From assembly GCF_007748055.1 (NCBI RefSeq), contig NZ_CP036279.1: DNA of 64,000 nucleotides; one strand, 5' to 3'. The translations under genes were made by a program, and so were the position numbers. The notes under the pieces were generated by a model. It was given only the letters and a program-made list of their open reading frames with translations, did not search any database and was not told the DNA's origin. This DNA comes from Kolteria novifilia (GTDB taxonomy: Bacteria; Planctomycetota; Planctomycetia; Kolteriales; Kolteriaceae). Each line of letters starts with the position of its first letter. Positions within the stretch are counted from its first letter, which is position 1. This document shows positions 10,031-19,978 of the stretch, one piece after another.

Positions 10031-10557
10031 CGTTTCCCCTTCCCATGAGATGCGTTTTCTTCCCTGGCAGTTGGCACCATGCCGGCTCGACCTTCGATGA
10101 ATCCCGCGTCTCGAATCGTCCGTTCGTTCAACCACCGCGGCGGTGTCGCCTTTGTCGATCTTCCCTGGGTACCATGCTCACGTTTGCGTGGGCATGCGGT
10201 GAAGACCTACCTTGCAAATGGCGAAGTACCCTCTGGCAATGGTTGGCGACGAGCTTGCCAATCCGAGACTGGTCCGAATGGTCTGCCACGTTCCTGCCTG
10301 TCGGATCTACCTAGAGTAGCAACAGCCATTCCAAAAAGCTGCCGCCACCCAAACCACCATTCTCCCGAAACGGGCGAGCGACTGCAACCTATTTGTAGCA
10401 AGCAGGATAGGGCGATCTTGCCGGAGTCGAACGTGCGTCAATCGGCACCGAGATGGGCGGATGACTCTGGTTCGAGCTCGATGGGAGGCTTCTCGACTGG
10501 AAATTCTCCCGTTGGTCCTCATGCGGCTGGAAAATTTCCTGCCGGTTGGAAGCCTGG

Positions 10558-12399
10558 TCAAAAGATCCCGTGGAGGGGGCCGCCGGCAGCGGCGAGGGCA
10601 TCCACACGTTTGGTGACCTCCGGATCCTCGATCAACGGCGGGGCATGGTGCGGCTTGAGCCGGGCATCGATCACCAGCGAGCCGTGGCAGCCCCAGTGTT
10701 TCTGCACGCAGAACGATTCGATCCCATGGATGTCCGCCGCTGGATTGGCCCGCGTGAAGGTCACCCACAGGAAGTTTCGCACCGTCCTGGCGGTGAACTC
10801 ACTGTCGTCGACCAGCACGACGAGCGGGAACGCGTTGATCGGATGCCGAGCATCGAGCGATTCGGTGAACCGGATCAGCGATTCCTCGTACTCCCCGGCA
10901 TCGTCGGCGTAGGGCGGCGACTTGATCGCGAGAATGCCGGGCAAACAAAGCCGAGGTTCCTCGAAGTCCTCCGGCAGCGAACAATCGCTCGGGATCTCCT
11001 TGGGAAGGACTCGCCGAGCCGGACCGACCGCCGCCATCACCAGCTTCGACCCCTCGTTGAAGCCCGAGCCCGAATAGTCGAGCGTGTCGATCGTCGTCGA
11101 GGTCTGAAAATGGAGATCGAACGCCCAGTCGATCCGTTCGAGAAGATGCCGGAAGAAGGCGGGGATGTCGCTGATGTCGAGTTCCGGGTCGTCCTCGTTC
11201 GCGACGATCAGCAGGAATTTCGCAAGCGAGAGCTGACCCTGGCCCAGGATCGCGTTGGCGCACGTCAGCAACTCCTGCGGACGCTTCCGCTCGGCATAGG
11301 GGACGTAACGCTCGCTGCCAATCGCTAGCAGCAGCGGATGAACGCCCGCCTCGTCGACGGCATGCACGGCATGAACGCCATGAACGACCGTCGGGATGAC
11401 CGGGCCGGTCAGCTCGTGGATGAACTTGCCAAAGGTCGTGTCTTCCTGCGGTGGCCGACCAACGACGGTGAAAGGCCAGATCGCGTCGTCGCGGTGGTAG
11501 ACGCCGTCGACGTTGAGCACCGGGAAGTCGTGGGCCAAGCTGTAGTAGCCGAGGTGGTCGCCGAAGGGGCCTTCGGGAAGCAATTTGTCGGGGTCGATCC
11601 AACCGGTGATGCAGAAGTCGGCATCGGCCGCGATGGCCGGCTCGGCGCTGCGCCGCACGATGCGAAGTCGCCGTCCACCGAGTGCTCCCGCGAAGGAGAG
11701 TTCGGGAAGTCCCTCGGGAAGGGGCATCACCGCCGCGACCGACATCGCTGGTGGGCCGCCGACGAAGATGTTCACCCGCAGCGGTTGGCCTTTCTTGATC
11801 GCCGCGGCGTGGTGGACGCCGATGCCCCGGTGAATCTGGTAGTGCAACCCGATCTGCTTGTCGGGCGCGTAGTCGCTACCGGAAATCTGGACGCGGTACA
11901 TCCCCAGGTTCGACTTGCCGGTGCCGGGGCGACGCGGATCCTCGGTGTAGACCTGCGGCAGGGTCACGAAGGGTCCGCCATCGCGGGGCCACGACGTGAT
12001 CGCGGGAAGGTCCGAGAGGTGGATCTTGTTGGCGAGGACCGGTCCCTTGCTCATCCGCTTCGGCAGCGTGTTCCAGCCGGTCAGCGGCAGCCCGAGGTAG
12101 CGCCAGGGACGTCGGCCGAAGTTGGTCGGATCGACCTTGAGTTCGACCAGCCGCCGGACGCGCTCGAGGGTATCGCGAAAGATAAACTCCGCCCGCTCAA
12201 GGGTACCGAAGAGGTTGCTGACAAGGGGAAAGCGACATCCTTTCGGCCTAGTGAAGAGCAGAGCTGGGCCTTGCGCTTCGTAGACGCGGCGCTGGATCTC
12301 GGCGACCTCGAGAAACGGATCGACCTCGGCATCGACGCGGACCAAGTGCCCGTGCTGCTCGAGATCCCGAACGCATGCTGCGGTGTTGCGATAGCCCAT
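10558..12399 (-). CDS. ubiD: UbiD-family decarboxylase (3-octaprenyl-4-hydroxybenzoate carboxy-lyase / menaquinone-type)
   Basis: 613 aa. The N-terminus (DLEQHGHLVRVDAEVDPFLEVAEIQRRV) and overall length are typical of the UbiD family. Confidence 0.85.
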   Translation of the reverse strand: MGYRNTAACVRDLEQHGHLVRVDAEVDPFLEVAEIQRRVYEAQGPALLFTRPKGCRFPLVSNLFGTLERAEFIFRDTLERVRRLVELKVDPTNFGRRPWRYLGLPLTGWNTLPKRMSKGPVLANKIHLSDLPAITSWPRDGGPFVTLPQVYTEDPRRPGTGKSNLGMYRVQISGSDYAPDKQIGLHYQIHRGIGVHHAAAIKKGQPLRVNIFVGGPPAMSVAAVMPLPEGLPELSFAGALGGRRLRIVRRSAEPAIAADADFCITGWIDPDKLLPEGPFGDHLGYYSLAHDFPVLNVDGVYHRDDAIWPFTVVGRPPQEDTTFGKFIHELTGPVIPTVVHGVHAVHAVDEAGVHPLLLAIGSERYVPYAERKRPQELLTCANAILGQGQLSLAKFLLIVANEDDPELDISDIPAFFRHLLERIDWAFDLHFQTSTTIDTLDYSGSGFNEGSKLVMAAVGPARRVLPKEIPSDCSLPEDFEEPRLCLPGILAIKSPPYADDAGEYEESLIRFTESLDARHPINAFPLVVLVDDSEFTARTVRNFLWVTFTRANPAADIHGIESFCVQKHWGCHGSLVIDARLKPHHAPPLIEDPEVTKRVDALAAAGGPLHGIF

Positions 12400-12461
12400 G
12401 CTGCTTGATTGTAGGAGGGAGAACGACGTCCGCCATCGCGATCAGGCTCGCGTGTCGCGTT

Positions 12462-12715
12462 ACGGGTCGAACTCTTTCAGAGTTCGGAATTCATCGCCAC
12501 GCCTACCCAAGGTGCGCTGCGCGACCTTGGGCTGTGTACTTTAACGGCGTTGCCGTAGGGAACCAAAGAAGGGTACAAACGCGTCGCGCCAGTGCCCACT
12601 GGGTCACCCTATCCCCACGGTCACCGTTTCACGGCGTTGCCGTAGGGAACCGAAGAAAGCATGCCGAAGGCATGCGACAACACAGCCCAGCGTCGCGACA
12701 GCGCACGCTGGGTCA
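12462..12715. repeat. Composite palindromic repeat elements (inverted copies of units from the 14020..15130 array)
   Basis: Contains gggtcgaactctttcagagttcgg (a GAAA-loop hairpin), cccaaggtgcgctgcgcgaccttggg, aacggcgttgccgtagggaacc, gcatgccgaaggcatgc and cccagcgtcgcgacagcgcacgctggg. Confidence 0.7.
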
Positions 12716-12719
12716 TGAG

Positions 12720-13802
12720 CTACATCCCTGGCGTGGGCGTCGTGTTTTTGAGATCCATCACCACGTTGTCGAACGTACACGCTCCGAAGGTCAACGATCC
12801 CCCGTCGATGCGAATCGCCGCTTGGCCGGACGGTTTGTCGGTCGCGATCGCCACCCGCTCGAGCCGTAGCGTGAAGGGCATTCCCTTGGTCCGAGGCCCC
12901 GCGATCAGGGCGGCGGCCGACGTCGTGTTGACGATCTGGCAATCGATAAGCGAATGGGCCTTGCCGATGAGCAGGGCATCGACGTTGACGTTGTCGGTGA
13001 AGACGCAGTTCCGATAAATCGTCTCCGCTTGATTGACGTCGGCGATGCCGTGCTCGCTGCCGAAGAAACGACCGCCGTTGATGGTACACTCGCAGGTATC
13101 GTGGGCGGAGAAGCCCTCGTCGAAGCAGTCGTAGCCCTCAATGTTCTCGAAATGGAGTTCGCGGGCATCGCCGTGAATGTTGAAGCCGTCGTTGAGGAAG
13201 TGGCGGGTGTTGAGGTTCCGCACCACGAGCCGGCGACAGGTTCCGCTCGTCGCGATCCCGTTGACCCGCGTCGCCCACTCGAGCTTGTCGGGCGTCCCGC
13301 GAACGTAGAGCCAGCCGCTCTTCTCGTCGATGGTCTGGAAGCGGAACTGGCCGGGCTGGAGCTGGGAGGGTTCGGGAAAGGCTTTCGTCTTGCTGTTGCT
13401 CGCGGTGCGTCCCATTCGCTCGGCGTGTCCATCGATTATGAGCAGGTGCCGGTCGTAGCGCGTTCGAGGCAGCTTTCGCCGGTAGAGGCCGTCGCCGAGT
13501 TCTTCCCAGCCATCGTTGGGCAGGGTGATTGCCCCGTCGAGCGTGACGCCGTTGCCCTCGATCGTGATGCCGAACTTGCCGCGAAACGAGCCCGCTTGGC
13601 GATAGACGGCACCTGCCGGGTGGAGGTGAATAACGTCGCCGTCGGCCGCCGAAGCGATCGCCTTTTGCAGCGACAAGAAGGGATGCTCCTTATCGCCGAC
13701 GCCGCTGTTGTTTCCCGTTTCATTGTTGACGTGCCACTCGGCGGCGAAGAGCGGGGCACCGGTCGTGAGGAAGACCGCGAGAAGGAGAAGGCGTCGAGTC
13801 AT
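12720..13802 (-). CDS. Secreted right-handed parallel beta-helix (pectate-lyase-like) repeat protein
   Basis: Start at M17 of ORF 12720..13850 (MTRRLLLLAVFLTTGAPLFA, a signal peptide). The sequence is Gly/Asn/Asp-rich and repetitive, as beta-helix proteins are. The antisense + ORF 12954..13889 is rejected. Confidence 0.7.
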   Translation of the reverse strand: MTRRLLLLAVFLTTGAPLFAAEWHVNNETGNNSGVGDKEHPFLSLQKAIASAADGDVIHLHPAGAVYRQAGSFRGKFGITIEGNGVTLDGAITLPNDGWEELGDGLYRRKLPRTRYDRHLLIIDGHAERMGRTASNSKTKAFPEPSQLQPGQFRFQTIDEKSGWLYVRGTPDKLEWATRVNGIATSGTCRRLVVRNLNTRHFLNDGFNIHGDARELHFENIEGYDCFDEGFSAHDTCECTINGGRFFGSEHGIADVNQAETIYRNCVFTDNVNVDALLIGKAHSLIDCQIVNTTSAAALIAGPRTKGMPFTLRLERVAIATDKPSGQAAIRIDGGSLTFGACTFDNVVMDLKNTTPTPGM

Positions 13803-14019
13803 CGTGGGTGCATCGATCCGGCAGGGGGGAGTCAGGGTTGGAATCGTCACCTCGACACCCTAGCCGCGCACCCGAAGGCGTGTCAATAACGACTCCGCGT
13901 GATCGCAACGATCTGTTCGGCACATGGCAACGATTCGACGTGTCCGTTTGGCCCGCGATTTGCGGTTTGTGCGCTATGCGTTGGCGGGGAGAAGTCGGGA
14001 TCGGGGCGGTTCCTGAGTG

Positions 14020-15130
14020 TTCCTACGGCAACGCCGTTAGACAACACAGCCCAAGGTCGCGCAGCGCACCTTGGGTCACTGTGTGGCCCGGCATACCTTC
14101 GGCATGCTTCTTCGGTTCCTACGGCAACGCCGTTAGACAACATAGCCCAAGGTCGCGCAGCGCACCTTGGGTCACCTGTGTTGTCGCATACCTTCGGCAT
14201 GCTTCTTCGGTTCACGCTCTCCGCGGTCGGAATTCCGGCATACCTTTGGCATGCTTGCTCGGTTCACGCTCTCCGCGGTCGGAGTTCCGGCATACCTACG
14301 GCATGCTTGATCGGTTCCTACGGCAACGCCGTTAGACAACACAGCCCAAGGTCGCGCAGCGCACCTTGGGTCACCGGGGCGACGAGTCCCGAACTCTGAA
14401 AGAGTTCGACCCGTTGGGGGTGATGCGTTGTCGGCCGCATGTCAAACCCGCTTCGGGGTTTGGGAGAATTGGATGGTCGGTGACCCAGCGTGCGCTGGCG
14501 CGACGCTGGGCTGTGTTGTCGCATACCTACGGCATGCTTGATCGGTTCACGCTCTCCGCGGTCGAGTTCCGGCATACCTACGGCATGCTTGATCGGTTCA
14601 CGCCCTCCGCGGTCGGAATTCCGGCATACCTTTGGCATGCTTCTTCGGTTCACGCTCTCTGCGGTCGAGTTCCGGCATACCTTCGGCATGCTTGATTGGT
14701 TCCTACGGCAACGCCGTTAGACAACACAGCCCAAGGTCGCGCAGCGCACCTTGGGTCACCGGGGCGACGAGTTCCGAACTCTGAAAGAGTTCGACCCGTT
14801 GGGGGTGATGCGTTATCGGCCGCTTGTCAAACCCGCTTCGGGGTTTGGGAGAATTGGATGGTCGGTGACCCAGCGTGCGCTGGCGCGACGCTGGGCTGTG
14901 TTGTCGCATACCTTCGGCATGCTTCTTCGGTTCACGCTCTCCGCGGTCGAGTTCCGGCATACCTACGGCATGCTTGATCGGTTCACGCCCTCCGCGGTCG
15001 GAATTCCGGCATACCTTCGGCATGCTTCTTCGGTTCACGCTCTCCGCGGTCGGAGTTCCGGCATACCTTTGGCATGCTTGATCGGTTCACGCTCTCCGCG
15101 GTCGGAATTCCGGCATACCTTTGGCATGCC
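14020..15130. repeat. Complex tandem repeat array: ~60-bp units plus palindromic A-units, organised as a ~385-bp super-repeat (about 2.9 copies)
   Basis: The unit ccggcatacctNcggcatgcttNNtcggttcacgctctccgcggtcgNNttc repeats more than 12 times. Interspersed are gttcctacggcaacgccgttagacaacacagcccaaggtcgcgcagcgcaccttgggtcac and the hairpins ccgaactctgaaagagttcg and aaacccgcttcggggttt. A direct repeat of 14312..14696 recurs at 14697..15080. Confidence 0.85.
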
Positions 15131-15139
15131 CGGAATGGG

Positions 15140-16552
15140 CTAAGCGAAGATCTCGTTCACGATGCGGCCGTGGACGTCGGTGAGGCGGAAGTCGCGGCCG
15201 GCGTGGCGGTAGGTGAGCCGTTCGTGATCGAGCCCGAGGAGCCAGAGCAGGGTGGCGTGAAGGTCGTGCATGTGGACCTTGTCCTCAATGGCGTAGTAGC
15301 CGTACTCGTCGGTCTTGCCGTGGACGTGGCCTTTCTTCACGCCGGCGCCGGCGAGCCACATCGTGAAACCCTGCGGGCAGTGATCGCGACCATTGGAGCC
15401 TTGGGCCAAGGGGGTTCGGCCGAACTCACCACCCCAAAGGACCAGGGTGTCGTCGAGCAGGCCGCGCCGTTTGAGATCCTCGAGCAATCCGCCGATCGGC
15501 TTGTCGACGCTCAGGGCGTTCTTGCGGTGACCCGACTCGAGGTTGCCGTGCTGGTCCCAAACCATCTTCGTCGAGACCTGGATGTAGCGGACACCCGACT
15601 CCGCGAAACGGCGGGCGAGGAGGCACTGGCGACCGTATTCGGCGGTCTCCTTTTGGTCGATGCCGTAGAGAGCGAGCGTCTCCTTCGACTCGCCACTCAT
15701 GTCGAGGACGTCGGGAGCGGTCGTCTGCATGCGGAAGGCGAGCTCGTAGGACTCGATGACCGCATCGAGCCGGCTATCCTCCTTGGCCCGCTCGGCGTGG
15801 CTGCGGTTGAGCGACTGGATCAAATCGAGCTGCTTGCGCTGCTGAGCGCGGGAAAGAGCTTTGTTGACGACGTTGCGGATCCCCGCTTGAGCGACCGGCG
15901 TGCCGGCGCTCCCAATCGCGGTGCCCTGGTACGCGGCCGGGAGAAAGGCGGTGCCGTAGTTCTGCACGCCGCCGTGGCTGGTGGGAGGGCTGATGGTGAT
16001 GAAACCGGGAAGGTCCTGGTTCTCGGTGCCGAGCCCGTAGGTGATCCACGAGCCGACCGAGGGACGCGTGAAGATATCCGAGCCGGTGTGGAGGTTCAGG
16101 ACCGCTTGGCCGTGGGACTGCCCCTCGGTGTGCATGCTGTTGATCAGGCACAAGTCATCGATGTGCTTGACGGTGTGCGGAAAGAGATCCGAGGCCCAAA
16201 TGCCGCTTTCACCGTGTCGCTTGAAGGTCCAGGGTGACTTCATGACCTTGCTGGTGGCGCCGACGCTGGCGAGTTCGACCTGCTTGAAGGAGGCGTTCTT
16301 GCCATGTTCTTTTTCGAGAAGCGGTTTGTAGTCGAAGCTGTCGACCTGACTCGGCCCGCCGTGCATGAAGAGGAAGATGATTCGCTTGGCTCGCGGAGGA
16401 TGGTGCGGGGCCTTCTCCGCCAAGGGCGATGTGGCCGCGGCGCCGAAGCTCCGTTGGGAGAGGAGATCGGCCAGCGCCAAGTAACCGAAACCGCAGCCCG
16501 CCCGTTTGAGGAGATTGCGGCGGGACAGGGGAGTTTCCTGGAGCGGATTCAT
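15140..16552 (-). CDS. DUF1501 family protein (Tat signal)
   Basis: 470 aa. Tat motif [11 protein letters not shown]. Blocks [15 protein letters not shown] and NGRDHCP. Confidence 0.9.
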   Translation of the reverse strand: MNPLQETPLSRRNLLKRAGCGFGYLALADLLSQRSFGAAATSPLAEKAPHHPPRAKRIIFLFMHGGPSQVDSFDYKPLLEKEHGKNASFKQVELASVGATSKVMKSPWTFKRHGESGIWASDLFPHTVKHIDDLCLINSMHTEGQSHGQAVLNLHTGSDIFTRPSVGSWITYGLGTENQDLPGFITISPPTSHGGVQNYGTAFLPAAYQGTAIGSAGTPVAQAGIRNVVNKALSRAQQRKQLDLIQSLNRSHAERAKEDSRLDAVIESYELAFRMQTTAPDVLDMSGESKETLALYGIDQKETAEYGRQCLLARRFAESGVRYIQVSTKMVWDQHGNLESGHRKNALSVDKPIGGLLEDLKRRGLLDDTLVLWGGEFGRTPLAQGSNGRDHCPQGFTMWLAGAGVKKGHVHGKTDEYGYYAIEDKVHMHDLHATLLWLLGLDHERLTYRHAGRDFRLTDVHGRIVNEIFA

Positions 16553-16624
16553 GCGTCGTCTCTCCCTCGGTGCTTCTTTTCAAACTCGTTGGGTACACTG
16601 ATCACGCGATGAGCCACCTGTCCC

Positions 16625-19162
16625 TTACTCCACGAAGCGAAACTCGCTCGAGGAGAAGAGGGCCTGGCAGAAGGTGGTCCACCCTTCACGGCGGACCGCG
16701 TCGTCGGTCTTCTTGGGATGCTCCGGATCGGCCCACTCCGCAAGATAAGCTAGGCAGCGGCCTTCCTCGTCCTCGGTCGGCAGTCGGTTGAGGACCCGTT
16801 CATATGCTTCGCGGACTCGCGACCGCTCGTCGATCGCCCCATTCGCGAGCAGCGACTCGGCGAGCGACTCCGAGAGCGACGCGACCCACGGACTGTTGAC
16901 CATGAAGAGAGCCTGGGTCACGACGGTGGTCGATCCCCGCTTGCCGGTGGAGACGTTCGGGTTGGCGACATCGAAGGTCTCGAGGGCCTCCGGCAAGCCG
17001 TTGCGGATGATCGGGAGGTAGACGCTCCGGCGGCGGTGCTTCGTAAAACTGGGGAGCTTCGCGTTGTTGTCAAGGGCGACTTCCTTGAAGCCGTCGATGG
17101 TCGAGCCGTTCATCGTCAGGTCGAGCTCGCCGCCTAGTGCCAACAAGGTGTCACGCACCGCTTCGGCATCGAGCCGGCGGCGGTTGGCCCGGCCGAAGAA
17201 CCGATTGTCGGGATCGAGTTCGATGCAGTCTCCCGGGGCTTCGGTGCTCAGGGCGTAGGTACGGCTGAGCATGATCTCTCGGATGAGGCTCTTGACCGAC
17301 CAGCCCTCTTCCACGAAACGGGTCGCGAGGTAGTCGAGTAGTTCCGGGTGGCTGGGCCGTTCGCCGAGTTCGCCGAAATTGTCGACGGTGCGAACCAGTC
17401 CCGAGCCGAAGAGGTGATGCCAGATCCGATTGGCCATCACGCGGGCGGTCAGCGGATTCTCCTCGCTGGCGAGCCATTCGGCGAGTTCCCGGCGACCGCT
17501 CTGATGACTGGGGAGCACCGGCGTCGCGTTGCACGCGACTTCGACGAAGCCTCGCGGAACGACCTCGCCTCGGCGTTTGTGATTGCCGCGAATGCAGAGG
17601 GCGATGTCCTCGATGTTGTCCTCGTCGCGAACCGCCATCGCGAGCGGCGGCATGGGCGTCTTGGTCTTGTTGACTTCAGCGAGAGAGGATTCGAGCTTCT
17701 TCAGTTGAGCGGTCGCCTCGGCGATCTTCTCATCGAGTGTGGGGGACTTTTTCTTCTTCGCGGCGGTCGTCGTTGGGGCGTTTTCGGTCGACTCTTGGTC
17801 CTTTCCGGACGCTTTTTGGTCCGTTTTCGTCTCGGAAGCGGCCTTTTTCGCCTGATCTTGGAGCTTTTTGAGCGATTTCTTGACCTTGCTGACCTTCTTG
17901 CTCAGATCCTTGATCTTCTTGACGTCGGCCTTGGCGAGTTCGTACTGTTGGTCGCCCTCGGGGCCGAGGGGCCGGAGCATCCAACCCGAGACGTATTGAT
18001 TGTTCTGCTTGATGCCGTCGATCGTCCGGGTGCTGCGAAGGATCCCCGCCAGTGCGTAGTAGTCGTTCATCGCGATCGGGTCGAACTTGTGATCGTGGCA
18101 GCGGGCACAAGAGACCGTCAGCCCGAGGATCGACTTGCTGATGGTCTCGATCTGTTCGTCGACCGCGTCCATCCGAAGCTTTTCTTTGTCGCGTTCGGCG
18201 GCGACCTTCGGTCCGAGGACCAGGTAGCCGGTCGCGATCACCTTTTCGTCGCGCTCCTCGGGCGTCTGGGCGTCGAGCAAGTCGCCGGCAATCTGCTCGA
18301 GGATGAACTGATCGTAGGGCTTGTCGTCGTTGAAGGCGTCGACCACATAGTCGCGGTAACGCCAGGCGTTGAAATAAGTTAGGTTCTGGTCGAGGCCCGT
18401 CGAATCGGCGTAGCGGGCGATGTCCAACCAGTGGCGGCCCCAGCGTTCTCCGAAGCGGGGCGAGGCCATCAAGCGGTCAATCGCCCGAGCGAACGCGTCG
18501 GGCTTGTCGTCCTCGAGAAACGCTCGGGTCTCCGTCGGCGTCGGGGGAAGGCCGGTCAGTGCGTAGCTGGCCCGACGCAGCAGGCCGCGACGATCGGTCT
18601 CTTGGGAAGGGGCGACGCCCTCGGCTTCGAGCTTCGCCAGGATATGGCGGTCGATGGTGCCGCGCGGCCAGGCCTTGTTCTTCGTGCTGGGCGGGGCGGT
18701 TCGCTGGGGATGTTGAAAGGCCCAGAACTTGCGGCCTTGCTCGACATCGATGCCCGAACGGGGACGTTTGTGGGCGAATTTTCCCTTGCGCGGGTCGAGG
18801 GCACCCTTGGCGATCCACTTCTCGAAGTCGGCGATGACTTGTTCGGGAAGTTTCTCGGTCGGGGGCATTTCGAACGATTCGTGACGAAGCGCGTCGAGCA
18901 GTAGGCTCTCTTTTGGCTTTCCGGGAACCACCGCGGGCCCTGAGTCGCCGCCAGTGAGCATCGGTTCGGCCGCGTCGAGGAGCAACCCGCCCATCACGGT
19001 CTTGGAGTCGGCCGCGTGGCACGAGTAGCAGTGCTCGGCGAGAACCGGTCGGATCTTCTTCTCGAAGAACTCGACATCGGCGGGATTCATGTCGGCGGCG
19101 AGCGAGGGCAGGGCTCCGAAGAGCAAAAACAAGCTCGCGACGATGGGCAGGCCAGGCCTCAT
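16625..19162 (-). CDS. PSCyt1/PSCyt2/PSD1 (DUF1549/DUF1553) family protein with a Lys-rich coiled-coil insert
   Basis: 845 aa. Signal peptide MRPGLPIVASLFLLFGALPSLAA. Heme motif EHCYSCHA. It sits 72 bp upstream of the DUF1501 gene, the usual pairing. Confidence 0.9.
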   Translation of the reverse strand: MRPGLPIVASLFLLFGALPSLAADMNPADVEFFEKKIRPVLAEHCYSCHAADSKTVMGGLLLDAAEPMLTGGDSGPAVVPGKPKESLLLDALRHESFEMPPTEKLPEQVIADFEKWIAKGALDPRKGKFAHKRPRSGIDVEQGRKFWAFQHPQRTAPPSTKNKAWPRGTIDRHILAKLEAEGVAPSQETDRRGLLRRASYALTGLPPTPTETRAFLEDDKPDAFARAIDRLMASPRFGERWGRHWLDIARYADSTGLDQNLTYFNAWRYRDYVVDAFNDDKPYDQFILEQIAGDLLDAQTPEERDEKVIATGYLVLGPKVAAERDKEKLRMDAVDEQIETISKSILGLTVSCARCHDHKFDPIAMNDYYALAGILRSTRTIDGIKQNNQYVSGWMLRPLGPEGDQQYELAKADVKKIKDLSKKVSKVKKSLKKLQDQAKKAASETKTDQKASGKDQESTENAPTTTAAKKKKSPTLDEKIAEATAQLKKLESSLAEVNKTKTPMPPLAMAVRDEDNIEDIALCIRGNHKRRGEVVPRGFVEVACNATPVLPSHQSGRRELAEWLASEENPLTARVMANRIWHHLFGSGLVRTVDNFGELGERPSHPELLDYLATRFVEEGWSVKSLIREIMLSRTYALSTEAPGDCIELDPDNRFFGRANRRRLDAEAVRDTLLALGGELDLTMNGSTIDGFKEVALDNNAKLPSFTKHRRRSVYLPIIRNGLPEALETFDVANPNVSTGKRGSTTVVTQALFMVNSPWVASLSESLAESLLANGAIDERSRVREAYERVLNRLPTEDEEGRCLAYLAEWADPEHPKKTDDAVRREGWTTFCQALFSSSEFRFVE

Positions 19163-19387
19163 GCGATTCTCCCGGTCTGTTTGGAAAGAGCAGGGTGGGA
19201 CGGCTGTTGCCGCTAATACCCTCTAGAGTCCACGGCTGCGTCGCTTTGGACACACTATCCAGGGGATTCGACCGAAGTACAATCAATTTATAGGGTTGAG
19301 ATTTCCGAACTTTCGTCCGCCCAGCCGGTGGGAGCGATTCGGCGTCCAAAAGCGAGTACGCAAGAACTACTCCTGGTAGGAGGTGGT

Positions 19388-19978
19388 ATGGAGCCCAACG
19401 ACAAGCAGGAGACCGATCCCGCGGTCGATCGCCGCGAGAGCGAACGTGACTCGGCTCCCGACCGTGCCGAGGAATACGTGCGTTTGCTCGGCCAGCACCA
19501 GCGCCGCATCGCGATGTACGTGATGAGCCTGGTCCCCAGTTGGGGCGATGCCGAGGATATCATCCAAGAGACCAACATGGTCATCTGGCGGGAGTTTGAC
19601 CGCTTCGAGCTTGGCACCAACTTTCCGGCGTGGGCGTGCAAGGTCGCGTTCCACCAGGTGCTTGCCTATCGTAAACGCAGGCAACGCGACCGGCTCCAAC
19701 TGAGCACCGAGTTCATGGAGGTCGTCGCCGAGGAGGCCGAGTTGATGGCCGACGAACTCGAGGAGCGGCACCACGCGTTGGCCGGCTGCATCGACAAACT
19801 CCAGCCTCCGCATCGGCGGATCGTGCAACTCCGCTATTCTGATGGCTCGTCCATCGAAGCGATCGCCGATCAAGTTGGACGAACCGTCGGGGCGCTCTAT
19901 CGCGTACTCAGCAGAATCAGACGAACTCTCCACGAATGCGTTTCGCGAACGCTCTCCGCGGAGGCGAGGACCTCATGA
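19388..19978 (+). CDS. ECF sigma factor
   Basis: The start is M21 of ORF 19328..19978, preceded by AGGAGG. Region 2 (EDIIQETNMVIWREFDRFELGTNFPAWACKVA) and region 4 (SSIEAIADQVGRTVGALYRVLSRIRR). It lies divergent to the PSCyt/DUF1501 operon. Confidence 0.85.
   Translation: MEPNDKQETDPAVDRRESERDSAPDRAEEYVRLLGQHQRRIAMYVMSLVPSWGDAEDIIQETNMVIWREFDRFELGTNFPAWACKVAFHQVLAYRKRRQRDRLQLSTEFMEVVAEEAELMADELEERHHALAGCIDKLQPPHRRIVQLRYSDGSSIEAIADQVGRTVGALYRVLSRIRRTLHECVSRTLSAEARTS

Noticed and set aside
12954-13889. 311-aa + ORF
   Set aside because: Antisense to the signal-peptide beta-helix gene; its N-terminus is composed of mirror-frame repeats.
14020-15130. Possible CRISPR array
   Set aside because: The units are contiguous and degenerate, with no unique spacers of constant length and no cas genes; it is a satellite / structured repeat. 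The same holds for the 28-bp pair at 52020..52090.
13899-15143. Several 60-170-aa ORFs inside the repeat array (e.g. 13899..14399, 14751..15143)
   Set aside because: The peptides simply iterate the DNA repeat (NTAQGRAAHLGS..., IPAYLRHASSVHALRG...); they are open in several frames only because the repeat lacks stop codons.
15074-16237. 387-aa + ORF
   Set aside because: Antisense to DUF1501 gene 15140..16552.
17348-18382. 344-aa + ORF
   Set aside because: Antisense to the PSCyt/PSD1 gene.
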